Shown: one piece after another, positions 37,723 through 47,919 of the stretch
Layout: every line of letters starts with the position of its first letter
Numbering within the stretch: position 1 is the stretch's first letter
Assembly (NCBI GenBank): GCA_963666975.2
Contig: CAXVYR010000004.1
Span: 1,888,001 to 1,952,000, forward strand
Direction of reading: 5' to 3'
From: Terriglobia bacterium
Lineage (GTDB): Bacteria; Acidobacteriota; Terriglobia; 2-12-FULL-54-10
Length of the DNA stretch: 64,000 nucleotides
Notes under the pieces: generated by a model
The model's input: the letters and a program-made list of their open reading frames with translations, nothing else
Told to the model about the DNA's origin: nothing
Database searches by the model: none
Program-made: the position numbers and the translations under genes

Positions 37723-39717
37723 CTACCGGGCAGCGAGGCTGGGGCTGTCTTCAGACCGTGCGACCTTCACGCCGCTGAGGCTGTCCGCATACTCCTCGAT
37801 CCCGGCGTAGAGCGCCTCGGCGATCTTCTGCCGGTGCTCGTCGGTGCGCAGCAGCTTTTCGTCCTGCGGGTTGCTGAGGAAGGCCACTTCGGCAAGCACG
37901 GAAGGCATGTTGGCGCCGATGAGAACCACGAAGGGAGCTTTCTTCACCCCTCGATTTTTCATCCGCTGCGTGCCGTTGCCGATATTTTTCCACAACGCCG
38001 ACTGGACGCGAATGGCAAACTCCTTGGACTCGCCCATCTTTTCCTGCTGCGCGATCCTTTGCACCAGGTCCTGCAACTGGTAGATCGATTCCTGTGAAAC
38101 CGCGTTTTCCCGCGCGGCCACTTCCAAGGCCTCCGCGTCGGTGGTGAAATTCAAATAGTAGGTTTCAATGCCCCGCGCGCTCCGGCTCCGGCTGGAGTTG
38201 GCGTGGATGGAGATGAACAGGTCGGCTCGTTTTTCGTTTGCGATAGCGGTCCGCGTTTCCAGCGGAACGAAGCTGTCGTCCTCGCGCGTGTAGAGGACCT
38301 CGCTGCCCAGGCGCTCGACGATCAGCGGCCCAAGCCGCTGGGCTACATCAAGGACCAGTTCTTTCTCTTGCAGGCCGGAAGGGCCGATCGTGCCCGTGTC
38401 ACGCCCTCCGTGTCCCGGATCGATTGTGATCCTGGCGATCTTCAGCCCCAGGGCGCGGATCAGCGAATGGGAGCCGTCGCCGTTGGGCTTCGCCGTCTGG
38501 ATTTTTCCAAAAACCGGCTCTGCCGTGGCCACAGCATTTTCGGACGCTCCGGCAGGCGCTGCCGTCTCCGCCGCCGAGGCGAAAAGTTCCTCCCGGATTT
38601 CTTCCGAAGAAGCAACGCCGTCGCTGCGGGCATTGCCGCCCGGCCCGGCAAGCGGCGTTTGCGCCTGAGCATCAGCTATCTGAACATCTGCCACCTGAAC
38701 ATCAGGCAGGCCGTTCCCTTGACCCCCTTGGCTCCCTTCGCCGTGGATGTCAACCACTAGGCGATAGGGGTTCGGCAACTCAAAGACGGAATAGTCGGTG
38801 ATATTGCCCAAGTCCAGAACCACGCGGGAAACGCCCGTGCGATTGGGAGCGATCCGCACCTGCTTCAACAATCCGTAATCCACAGGAAAACTCTTGCCGG
38901 AAACGGCCGGATCGATTTCGGTATCCTGCAGATCGAAATAGATCCTGTCCGGGTTGACCAGCCTGCCGATCCGGTACTTCACTTTCTCTTCCACGTCAAT
39001 CACGACGCGCGTGTAATCGGGCGTGGCCCAGTGACGGATGTTGGTCACCAGCGGCCTGCCGCTCGAACTTTTGCGGCGGCTGCCTCCGCTGGCAAAATTC
39101 CTGGCTACGGAAACCGCCTGTTCCCGGGTGGCCAGCCCTTGCTTGATTGCGCGGACGGCCTCGCGGGCCTGCTGAACCATCTGGTGCCGGGGATATCTTT
39201 TCAGGTACAGCTCGAACTGTTGCAGCGCTTCTTCCGGCTGCCCTAACTCTTCCCGGTAAATCCGGCCGATGGTCAAAAGGGCGTTGTGGCGATAACGGCT
39301 GTGAGGATACTCCTCCAGCAGATATTCATAGGCGCCGATCGCGGAATGGAGGTATTTTTTGTTGTCCAGCCGCCGGGCCATCTCCTCATAGATTTCACCC
39401 ATCACCGTCAGGCTCTTGGCATTGTTCTGATAGGTGGGCGCAGCGTAATAGACGCGGCGGAAAGCGCGGATCACCCCTTCATAGTCCTTCTGGCTGCGTT
39501 TTTCTACAGGCTTCTCTAGCAGGGCTTCCTGAGCCTTTGTTGCCCTCTCAAAGTAAACCTTGGCCTGCTGAATTTTCTGGGCCGTGGTGTGCGCCAACCC
39601 GGACAACGGAGCAAGAAAAAGCCCCGCTAGCAAAAGGACCCGCAACACGGAAAGCCTCGCGTGGCGGAGGCTCCCTCCAGGCAAGCAAAAACTTCGGGTT
39701 GGGTTCAGATGCGTCAT
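37723..39717 (-). CDS. N-acetylmuramoyl-L-alanine amidase with TPR and AMIN domains
   Basis: IDPGHGGRDTG, EKELVL, FISIHANS, MPSVLAEVAF; TPR-like N-terminus; PDRIYFDL/PYRLVVD AMIN motifs. Confidence 0.93.
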   Translation of the reverse strand: MTHLNPTRSFCLPGGSLRHARLSVLRVLLLAGLFLAPLSGLAHTTAQKIQQAKVYFERATKAQEALLEKPVEKRSQKDYEGVIRAFRRVYYAAPTYQNNAKSLTVMGEIYEEMARRLDNKKYLHSAIGAYEYLLEEYPHSRYRHNALLTIGRIYREELGQPEEALQQFELYLKRYPRHQMVQQAREAVRAIKQGLATREQAVSVARNFASGGSRRKSSSGRPLVTNIRHWATPDYTRVVIDVEEKVKYRIGRLVNPDRIYFDLQDTEIDPAVSGKSFPVDYGLLKQVRIAPNRTGVSRVVLDLGNITDYSVFELPNPYRLVVDIHGEGSQGGQGNGLPDVQVADVQIADAQAQTPLAGPGGNARSDGVASSEEIREELFASAAETAAPAGASENAVATAEPVFGKIQTAKPNGDGSHSLIRALGLKIARITIDPGHGGRDTGTIGPSGLQEKELVLDVAQRLGPLIVERLGSEVLYTREDDSFVPLETRTAIANEKRADLFISIHANSSRSRSARGIETYYLNFTTDAEALEVAARENAVSQESIYQLQDLVQRIAQQEKMGESKEFAIRVQSALWKNIGNGTQRMKNRGVKKAPFVVLIGANMPSVLAEVAFLSNPQDEKLLRTDEHRQKIAEALYAGIEEYADSLSGVKVARSEDSPSLAAR

Positions 39718-39726
39718 CCGATGCGT

Positions 39727-40416
39727 CTAAGGAATATCCGTATTGCTGAAATGCACGATTCCCCTGCTGTCCACAAACTTCATAATTTCCGGCGCCCCGC
39801 GGTTCTGCCGATCCAGCGGATAGATTTGGGAGATCTTACGCAAGTAATTGCGCGTCTCGCGGAAGGGGGGCACGCCGTTATACCGGCTGACCGCGTTTTC
39901 GCCGGCGTTGTAGGCCGCCAATGCCAGCTCCAGGTCTCCGTCGTACAGGTCCATCAGATGCTTCAAATAACGGATTCCGCCTTCCAGGTTCGCTCGCGGA
40001 TCAAAGGCGTCCCGAACGCCGAACCGCCGCGCCGTGGCAGGAATCAATTGCATCAATCCCTGCGCGCCACGGGAGGAAACCGCATACGGGTTGTAGTTGG
40101 ATTCCACGCGGACAATGGCACGGACCAAATCAGGATCAACCTGATGCCGGCTGGCCGACCGTTGGATCAATTGGTCCAGGTCCGACTGATCTGCCGTACG
40201 AGCTTGGCCGGAAGTCGCCGGAGTCTGCTGGGGGGTGGAAGGATTCCGTGCTTGGTTGACGAACACGACCCGCCCGCGCGAATCGAGATAGGCCGCGATG
40301 CGGTCGGCAGCGTGCGCCGCCGGGAGAAAAGCACATCCCATGCCGACGAGCGCTGCCGGCAAACCGATCAGAAATCTTATGCTGGTCTTCTTGCTGTTGG
40401 TCTGGACAAGCGCCAT
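39727..40416 (-). CDS. Lytic transglycosylase (SLT domain)
   Basis: VESNYNPYAVS, GAQGLMQL, ALAAYNAG, ETRNY. Confidence 0.92.
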   Translation of the reverse strand: MALVQTNSKKTSIRFLIGLPAALVGMGCAFLPAAHAADRIAAYLDSRGRVVFVNQARNPSTPQQTPATSGQARTADQSDLDQLIQRSASRHQVDPDLVRAIVRVESNYNPYAVSSRGAQGLMQLIPATARRFGVRDAFDPRANLEGGIRYLKHLMDLYDGDLELALAAYNAGENAVSRYNGVPPFRETRNYLRKISQIYPLDRQNRGAPEIMKFVDSRGIVHFSNTDIP

Positions 40417-40523
40417 GCGAACCTTTTTTCCTCAATAACTGCCTGTCGTGTTTCCTGTGCCCGTCAGAGGGGAGCCGGACCCGCTTCCGCGCCGCTCCCC
40501 AAAGGCGCACGAAACGCTTAAAA

Positions 40524-43388
40524 TTATAGCATCGCGCCAACAATGTCATACACTTCGTCCAGAACGGAATCGAGCTCCGTTACACTTTTGCCACCGGCTT
40601 CCGCGATGTCGGGACGGCCTCCGCCGGTGCCGCCGAGTTTCCGCGCCACGGCCTGCGCGATCTTGCCGGCGTGCAAGCGAGACGTCAGGTCCTTGGTGAG
40701 CGCCGCGATCAGCGCCACCTTCCCCTCCGAGACGGTCGCCAGGACGACCACTCCGGATTGCAGCCTTTGGCGCAGAAAGTCCGCCATAGACCGCATTTGA
40801 CTGCGTTCCAGCGCCTCCAAGCGCAGCGAGAGAACCTTCACTTGCTTGACGGACCGGATGCGGGCTTCGAGATCCGTTAGCTGCGCCTGCGCCATCTTCA
40901 GCTTCAGCGACTCCACCTGCTTTTCCAGGTTCCGCTCCGACTCGGCCAGCTTCTCCACTTTCTCCACCATCTCCACCAAATCCGCAGCCGAACTCTTCAC
41001 CACCGTGGCCACCCAATGTACCATCGCGGTCACGGCTTGAAATTGCTCCAGAGCCTTTTCTCCGGTCACCGCTTCCAGGCGGCGGACGCCCGCCGAGATG
41101 CTGCCTTCGGCGGTGATCTTGAACAGGCCGATGTCGCCCGTGCGGCTGACGTGCGTGCCGCCGCAGAGTTCTTTGCTGAAACCGTGCACGGAAACCACTC
41201 GGACCTTGTCCTGGTATTTCTCCCCGAACAGCGCCATGGCCCCGGTTTCGACTGCCTGTTCCAAATCCATGACGTCGGTCTCGACTGCCGAGTTTTTCAG
41301 GACCTCGGCGTTGACCAAACGCTCAATCTCCACCAGTTCGTTCTCCTCGACCGAGGTGAAGTGGGCGAAGTCAAAGCGCAGCCGCGACGGCTCCACCACC
41401 GACCCGGCCTGTTTCACGTGCGTTCCCAGCACCTCGCGCAGCGCGGCGTGGAGCAGATGCGTCGCCGTATGGTTCCGCATCGTGGCGTGGCGATTCTCGG
41501 TCCGGACCACTGCCGTCAGGCGGTCTCCTACGCGGAGGGACGCGCGGCTGGTGATCCGGTGAGTGATGATGCCAGAGAAAAGAATGCGGTCCGCTTCGGG
41601 AACAATTGTTCCGTCGTCGAGAACGCGGTTTGCCATGACTCCGGAGACCGGCTTCTGCGTGTCCTCAACCACCGCCGCCTCTTCTCCTATCTGGTCTTCT
41701 TTGGTCCCCTCGGCGAACAGCAACCCGGTGTCGCCCACCTGCCCTCCGGATTCCGCGTAAAAAGGCGTATGGTCGAGCACTAATTCGGCACGAGTCCCGG
41801 CGGGTATTTCGTCGACCAGCTCTGAGTTTGCCACCAGCGCCAGAACCTCGCAGTCGTACGAAGTAGTTTGCTGATACCCATCAAACTTGGTGAAGCCTCT
41901 TGCGAGCACGCTGCCATATACAGATGGAAATATTTGCTTCGCAACGCCTTTCCAGCTTGCCCGCGCCCGCTCCCGCTGGCGCTCCATCTCCTCATCAAAT
42001 CCTGCCCTATCGAGTTTCAGACCCTCCTCGTTGGCTAACTCCTCCATCAAATCCCAGGGCATCCCATAGGTGTCGTAAAGCTGAAACAGTTTCTCCCCAG
42101 GCAGTATGAGTCCATTCTTGTAGGGAAGGAGCGATGGCCAGTCTTCGGGCAGAATGTTAGGAATCGCTCTGACCCGTTGCGAGGCTTCTTCACTCACGAG
42201 TTCTTTCCACCGCTTCAAGGCATCATCCATACTGAGAGCGAAGCGCTGCTCCTCGGATTTCACCACCGCTGCAACCCGCTGGGTAGATTCGAGCAATTCG
42301 GGATAAGAATCCGACATTATCTCAGCGACTTTGCCAGTCATCTTGTAAAGGAACGGCCCGTCAAGCATCAGCATCTTGCCGTGCCGGGCAGCGCGGCGGA
42401 GAATCTTGCGCAGCACGTATCCGCGCCCTTCGTTGGCCGGATGCACTCCGTCGTGAACCAGGAACGCTGCCGCGCGGCTATGGTCCGCAAGAATCCGCAG
42501 GGAAACATCGGCGGCAGGTTTTTTTCCATAGGAGGTGCCCGCCATCTCTGCGGCGCGCTCGATGAGCGGATACAGCAGGTCTGTCTCAAAGTTGCTGATC
42601 TTCCCCTGAACGATGGCGGCCATGCGCTCCAGGCCCATTCCGGTGTCAATGGAAGGTTGTGGCAGAGATTCCCGTCTGAGACATTCCGAAGAATGCCTGT
42701 GCTGGGCTCGCTCTTCTGAGGTCTTGAAACCCGCTCTTTCCTTCACGCAAAATCGGTTGAACTGCATGAAGACCAAGTTCCATATCTCGACGTACCGCCC
42801 GCATTCGCACGGGAAGGCGCAGTCGGCGTGCCCCTGCTCGCTCGCCGCCGGGCCCTGGTCGTAATGAATCTCCGAGCAGGGACCGCAGGGGCCGGTGTCG
42901 CCCATCGACCAGAAGTTGTCAGCCTCGTCCATGCGAAAAACCCGGTCGGCGGCAACCCCGGCAGTGCCGGTCCAGAGCTTCTCGGCTTCGTCGTCCTCGC
43001 GGAAGACCGTAACGTACAGCTTCTCCTTCGGGAGGCCGAACTCCCGGGTTACCAACTCCCAGGCGTATTGAATCGCGTCCTGTTTGAAGTAGTCCCCGAA
43101 AGAGAAGTTGCCGAGCATCTCGAAGAAGGTGTGATGCCGCCGGGTGCGTCCCACGTTTTCGAGGTCGTTGTGTTTCCCCCCGGCGCGCACGCACTTCTGC
43201 GAGGAAGCGGCGCGGGAGTAGTCGCGCTGTTCCAGCCCCAGAAAGACCTCTTTGAACTGGTTCATGCCGGCGTTGGTGAATAGCAGTGTGGGATCGTTCA
43301 CAGGCACGAGCGAAGAGCTGGGGACGACGCGGTGCCCGCGCGCGGCAAAGTAATCCAAAAATTTCTTGCGTATCTCGCTACCGGTCAA
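40524..43388 (-). CDS. alaS: Alanine--tRNA ligase
   Basis: LLFTNAGMNQFK, HHTFFEMLGNFSFGDYFK, IDTGMGLER, HTATHLLH, ELCGGTH, GGGRP; probable TTG start at 43388. Confidence 0.97.
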   Translation of the reverse strand: MTGSEIRKKFLDYFAARGHRVVPSSSLVPVNDPTLLFTNAGMNQFKEVFLGLEQRDYSRAASSQKCVRAGGKHNDLENVGRTRRHHTFFEMLGNFSFGDYFKQDAIQYAWELVTREFGLPKEKLYVTVFREDDEAEKLWTGTAGVAADRVFRMDEADNFWSMGDTGPCGPCSEIHYDQGPAASEQGHADCAFPCECGRYVEIWNLVFMQFNRFCVKERAGFKTSEERAQHRHSSECLRRESLPQPSIDTGMGLERMAAIVQGKISNFETDLLYPLIERAAEMAGTSYGKKPAADVSLRILADHSRAAAFLVHDGVHPANEGRGYVLRKILRRAARHGKMLMLDGPFLYKMTGKVAEIMSDSYPELLESTQRVAAVVKSEEQRFALSMDDALKRWKELVSEEASQRVRAIPNILPEDWPSLLPYKNGLILPGEKLFQLYDTYGMPWDLMEELANEEGLKLDRAGFDEEMERQRERARASWKGVAKQIFPSVYGSVLARGFTKFDGYQQTTSYDCEVLALVANSELVDEIPAGTRAELVLDHTPFYAESGGQVGDTGLLFAEGTKEDQIGEEAAVVEDTQKPVSGVMANRVLDDGTIVPEADRILFSGIITHRITSRASLRVGDRLTAVVRTENRHATMRNHTATHLLHAALREVLGTHVKQAGSVVEPSRLRFDFAHFTSVEENELVEIERLVNAEVLKNSAVETDVMDLEQAVETGAMALFGEKYQDKVRVVSVHGFSKELCGGTHVSRTGDIGLFKITAEGSISAGVRRLEAVTGEKALEQFQAVTAMVHWVATVVKSSAADLVEMVEKVEKLAESERNLEKQVESLKLKMAQAQLTDLEARIRSVKQVKVLSLRLEALERSQMRSMADFLRQRLQSGVVVLATVSEGKVALIAALTKDLTSRLHAGKIAQAVARKLGGTGGGRPDIAEAGGKSVTELDSVLDEVYDIVGAML

Positions 43389-43968
43389 TTTCAGCCTCGG
43401 GTTCGGGCATCTCCGCGAGGGATTCGAGCAGCTCATCCCATTTTTCCCAATCCGCCGGATCCGTTTTCGGACGGCTCTGGGAGAGGGAGGCTCGAAGCAT
43501 CCTCTTCAACTCGCGAACAATTGTGTCAGATGCAAAACCGGCCCGCAAGAGCCGCCGGTGGATGGAGACCACCGCAGAGGGTCTGGAAAACGGCCGGGAA
43601 GGGCGGAGCTTGCGCGCGATATGACGGCGCAACAGATCGCTTTCCTCCACTGCCTCAAACCCGCGCCCGACCGCCTCGCGGGCGATCTCCGGGGAGACAC
43701 CCCGGCGCTCCAAATCCTGACGCACCCGCGCCGGGCCTTGCAGTTCATTTTCCAGGCGCGCCGAGACGAACCAGCGCGCGAAGCGGGCGTCGTCGAGATA
43801 CCCGTTTTCGCGAAGCCGCCGCAGGACGGTTCCGATAACTGTTTTGCTCGCCTTGCGTTTTTCAAGCAACGACCGAATCTCGGCGGTGGAGCGCGCGCTG
43901 CGCGCCAGCGCCTTCACGGCTACTTCATAAAGTTTCTCGTCAGTTGTGTTGGAATCGTGGGTAGCCAC
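43378..43968 (-). CDS. recX: Regulatory protein RecX
   Basis: ALARSARSTAEI, GYLDDARFA, GPARVRQDLERRGV, LLRAGF; start uncertain. Confidence 0.85.
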   Translation of the reverse strand: MATHDSNTTDEKLYEVAVKALARSARSTAEIRSLLEKRKASKTVIGTVLRRLRENGYLDDARFARWFVSARLENELQGPARVRQDLERRGVSPEIAREAVGRGFEAVEESDLLRRHIARKLRPSRPFSRPSAVVSIHRRLLRAGFASDTIVRELKRMLRASLSQSRPKTDPADWEKWDELLESLAEMPEPEAEIDR

Positions 43969-44072
43969 GGCAAACTTGTAACTCAATTTGCAGTGGGTTT
44001 GCAAATCCGGAAAAAGCCCGCGGTGAGATCATCCCTTTCGAGTCTGTGTGAAAACTACGGCAAAGACAAAGC

Positions 44073-44216
44073 AATCCGAGCCGCGACCCCTTCGGCAACC
44101 CCTCGGCTTCGCTCGGGACATGGCTCCCTGCGACTTCTCCCTCGACTTCGCTCGGGACTTCGCTCAGGGCAGGCAGGGCAGGCTGTGAGGGAGCGGGTAA
44201 ATGGTGTTTTTCAACC
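44073..44216 (+). repeat. Composite repeat: REP-A split by a REP-B array, plus tail
   Basis: AATCCGAGCCGCGACC | REP-B array ending CAGGGCAGGCAGGGCAGGCT | GTGAGGGAGCGG GTAAATGGTGTTTTTCAACC. Confidence 0.85.
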
Positions 44217-44218
44217 TC

Positions 44219-45347
44219 TTAATTCTCAAACCCTTCGATGGCGGCCTCCATCTCGTCGCGCGCCGTGTCTGTAGTCGACCGGATGCCCTGCAAACGGAGC
44301 TTGAAGTCGTCCGGATTGCTGGCGTTCTGCAGCGCATCTTCGTAGGACACCAAGCCTTTGGTATGCAGATCATAGATCGACTGGTCGAAGGTCTGCATTC
44401 CGTACTGCGAGGTGCCCGCGCTGATCGCGTCGCGAATCATGCGGGTCTTTTCCGGGTTGACGATGCAGTCCCGGACAAAAGCGGTTGCGATCAGCACCTC
44501 CACGGCGGGAACGCGGCCGAGTCCGTCGCTTTTGCGCAGCAGCCGCTGTGAGATGATCGCCTTCAGCGTGCTGGCCATCTGCAAACGGATCTGCTTTTGC
44601 TCCGGGGGCGGAAACACCGCAATGATGCGCTGGATAGTCTCGGTGGCGTCCAGGGTATGCAACGTGGAGAAGACCATGTGGCCGGTCTCGGCAGCCAGCA
44701 GCGCGGTGCTGATGGTTTCCAAGTCTCTCATTTCGCCGACCAGGATGACGTCCGGGTCCTGGCGCAAGGCCGCCCGCAGGGCGACGGAAAAGTTGTGCGT
44801 GTCCACCTCCACCTCGCGCTGGTTCACAAACCCTTTTTTGTCGCGATGGAGGAACTCGATGGGGTCTTCGATCGTGATGATATGGTCGGTCCGCTGGGAG
44901 TTGATCCGGTCGATCATCGCCGCCAGCGTGGTGGATTTGCCGCTCCCGGTCGTTCCGGTGACCAGCACCATGCCTCGCCGCTCTTCGCAAACCCTGGAAA
45001 TCACCTTGGGGCAGGTACAACTCCTCCAAAGTGCGAATCTTGGTGGGCACGACACGGAGAACCATGCCGACGTTGCCGCGCTGCTGGAAAATGTTCACAC
45101 GAAACCTTCCCAGGCCCGCCACGCCATAGGCCAGGTCCAGCTCGGCGCTCTCTTTGAACTTTTGTTTCTGCCGGTTCGACATTATGCTGAAGGCCATGTT
45201 CAGCATCTGTTCCGGTGTAACGCGGCTGAACTCATTCAGGGGGAGCAACTCTCCGTCGATCCGCAGGTAGGGGAAGTTGCCTACTTTTATATGGAGGTCG
45301 GAAGCCTTGCGCTCCACAGCAATCCGCAGCAGATCATCTATTTGCAT
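44219..45347 (-). CDS. pilT: Type IV pilus retraction ATPase PilT/PilU (frameshift at 45008-45011)
   Basis: ASDLHIK and RFRVNIFQQRG in one frame; GTTGSGKSTT, TIEDPIE, LRQDPDVILVGEMRD, AETGH, GMQTFD in another. Confidence 0.92.
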
Positions 45348-45560
45348 GCTATTCTCTCTAATGAGGTTTTCACTGGAAAATTGGAGCATAAATGCAGGAC
45401 AGTGTCAATCGAAGCGCTGCCTGGAGAACTGGAAAGGGAACTGTCCCTTCAGCATCTCTCCTGAACCACGCCCATCTCTCGAACCACGCCCAGCCGGCCC
45501 TGTTTTTGGAACGTTGTTTCCATCTCACTGTTTTTGAATCGGGGGCGGGCCGCGCAGGTT

Positions 45561-45589
45561 TTGACATCGGGCGTCTCCTGCCCTAATAT
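45561..45589 (+). promoter_or_regulatory. Putative sigma70 promoter of serA
   Basis: TTGACA-N17-TAATAT. Confidence 0.6.
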
Positions 45590-45716
45590 CGTCTCTCTTC
45601 GATAATAATTTCTAAACCCCGCCGGAAGGCGGAATGGGAAACAGCCAGTTCGGACTGCCCGGCCGAAGCGAGAGGCCCCAGGAAAAGCAGGAAAAGTAAA
45701 GTAAGGCGCCCCCCCG

Positions 45717-47384
45717 ATGGAAAAAATGATGAAAATTGTGATCGCAGAAAAAGTCTCCCGGCGGGGTATTGACCTGCTGAAGGCCGAGCGGAAATGGAAG
45801 GTGGTGGAATTGGACTCCGCCCGGGAAAAGCTGCCTCGGGAGCTGCGGGACGCCAACGCCCTCATCATCCGCAGCGCGGTGCAGGTGAACCGGCAACTGC
45901 TGGAATGCGCCCCGAGATTGCAGGTGATCGGCCGGGCCGGCATCGGGGTGGATAACGTGGACATCGAGGCAGCCACAAAAAAAGGCGTAATGGTGATGAA
46001 CACCCCCGGCGGCAACGCCGTCAGCGTGGCCGAGCACACCCTGGCCCTGATGCTGGCGATGGCCCGCTCCATCCCCCGCGCTAACGAGTCCATGCACGCG
46101 GGCCGCTGGGAAAAGAAGCTCTTTGAAGGGCGCGAGTTGCGCGGCAAGGTTTTGGGCATCCTGGGGCTGGGCCGCATCGGCGTGGAAATCGTCAAGCGAG
46201 CGCGGGCCTTTGAGGTGGAGATCCTCGCCTACGATCCCTACGTTCCCTCCCTGGTCGCGCGCGACCTGAACATCCCGCTGGTTCCCCTCAACGAGCTGCT
46301 GGGCCGCTCCGACTACCTCACGCTGCATGTCCCCCTTACGGCGGAGACCGAGAATATTCTGGGCCGGGCAGCGCTGCGCCACGTGAAACGGGGCGTGCGC
46401 ATCCTCAATTGCGCGCGCGGGGAGTTGGTGGATGAAGAGGCGCTGGCCGAAGCCATTCGCAGCGGGCATGTCGCCGGAGCCGCTTTGGATGTCTATCGGC
46501 AGGAACCGCCGCGCAATTCCCCGTTGCTGGCGCTGCCGCAGGTGGTCCTCACCCCCCATATCGCCGGCTCCACGGCCGAGGCGCAGGAGATTGTGGGGCA
46601 CCGCATTGCCGAGCAGGTGCGAGACTATCTGAAACACTCCATCATTCAAAACGCCGTCAACGTGCCGTCGGTTTCCGTGGAAGAATACCGGCACTTGCAG
46701 CCGTACCTGGAACTGGCGGAACGGCTGGGGTTGTTCCTGGCGCAGCTTGCCACCGGGAGCACGGCCAGCGTGCTGATCCACTACTCCGGCAAACTGGCTC
46801 AGATGAATACCAACATGGTGCGCAATGCCGTCCTGAAAGGCCTGCTGAATCGCGTGCTGGATGAGAAGGCGAACATCGTCAACTCGGTGGCCATCGCCGA
46901 GGAACGGGGAATCCACATTTCCGAGACGCGCAGCCAGCGGACGCAGTTCATAGACTCCATCCGGGTCACGGTAAAAACCAACGGGCACGAATCCAAAAAG
47001 AACGAATCCCGCGAGCAAGAATCCATGGTCGAGGGCACGGTGCTGCACGGCACCCGGCCTCGCGTGCTGGTCCTGGATCACATCAACGTGGAGTGCCCGC
47101 TGGAAGGCAACCTGGTCGTTCTGAAGAACCGGGATGTTCCCGGAGTAGTGGGAAACATCGGCAGGATTTTGGGACGGCGGAAGATCAACATTGCCAACTT
47201 TTCCCTCGGCCGGAGGCATCCAGGCGGAGCCGAGCGAGCCAAAGCTTCCCGAAAGCCCGCCGAGGCGCTGGCCGTGGTTCACGTGGATCAGAAAGTTCCC
47301 GATGCGGTTTTGAAGGAGCTGGGGCAAATCCCGGCCATGACTTTTGTGAGGGCGGTGGAGTTCGACGCCCCTCCCAGGGGTTGA
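45717..47384 (+). CDS. serA: D-3-phosphoglycerate dehydrogenase
   Basis: GRAGIGVDNVD, GLGRIG, NCARG, TPHIAGST; C-terminal ACT domain (NRDVPGVVG..INIANFSLGR). Confidence 0.95.
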   Translation: MEKMMKIVIAEKVSRRGIDLLKAERKWKVVELDSAREKLPRELRDANALIIRSAVQVNRQLLECAPRLQVIGRAGIGVDNVDIEAATKKGVMVMNTPGGNAVSVAEHTLALMLAMARSIPRANESMHAGRWEKKLFEGRELRGKVLGILGLGRIGVEIVKRARAFEVEILAYDPYVPSLVARDLNIPLVPLNELLGRSDYLTLHVPLTAETENILGRAALRHVKRGVRILNCARGELVDEEALAEAIRSGHVAGAALDVYRQEPPRNSPLLALPQVVLTPHIAGSTAEAQEIVGHRIAEQVRDYLKHSIIQNAVNVPSVSVEEYRHLQPYLELAERLGLFLAQLATGSTASVLIHYSGKLAQMNTNMVRNAVLKGLLNRVLDEKANIVNSVAIAEERGIHISETRSQRTQFIDSIRVTVKTNGHESKKNESREQESMVEGTVLHGTRPRVLVLDHINVECPLEGNLVVLKNRDVPGVVGNIGRILGRRKINIANFSLGRRHPGGAERAKASRKPAEALAVVHVDQKVPDAVLKELGQIPAMTFVRAVEFDAPPRG

Positions 47385-47510
47385 GGGGCCTGACCGGCCC
47401 CAAGACAATAAATAATCTGAATTTGCAAAAAAATCAGAGTAACTGCATCGGCCCTGCGGTGTATACTAGGCTGATTTTTCCCGTACATTTTTTCAAACTG
47501 AAGGAGGCGT

Positions 47511-47816
47511 ATGGCTGCGGCAAGGATGACTCAAGCGCAACTGATCCGGCATTTGGCTGATCGCTGCGAAGTAAATAACAAGGTGTCTCGCGGATTTCTG
47601 GAGGAGTTGGCAAAAACCGCCCTGCAAGAGACCAAGAAAAACGGTGTCTTCGTAATCCCCGGCATCGGACGGCTGGTAAAGTCCAACCGCAAAGCGCGCA
47701 TGGGAAGAAATCCCGCCACCGGGGAAGCGATCAAGATTCCGGCCAAGACAGTGGTCAAATTCCGGGTCGCAAAGGCTGCCAAGGACTCCATCGCGCCGGG
47801 CAAAGGGAAGAAGTAG
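47511..47816 (+). CDS. hup: HU family DNA-binding protein
   Basis: RKARMGRNPATGEAIKIPAK; AAGGAGG RBS. Confidence 0.95.
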   Translation: MAAARMTQAQLIRHLADRCEVNNKVSRGFLEELAKTALQETKKNGVFVIPGIGRLVKSNRKARMGRNPATGEAIKIPAKTVVKFRVAKAAKDSIAPGKGKK

Positions 47817-47919
47817 ATTTCCCCCAGGAAGGAGGAGCGCCGAGGCAGCGCAGGAGAACCGCCCGCGCCGCGCCCCTCCCCGGGAAATCGCCTTTCCGCT
47901 CTTTTCCCTCAAAAAGCGA

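Noticed and set aside
35139-43388. Functional link between the PARIS-like tRNA nuclease and nearby alaS
   Set aside because: Proximity only; no sequence evidence
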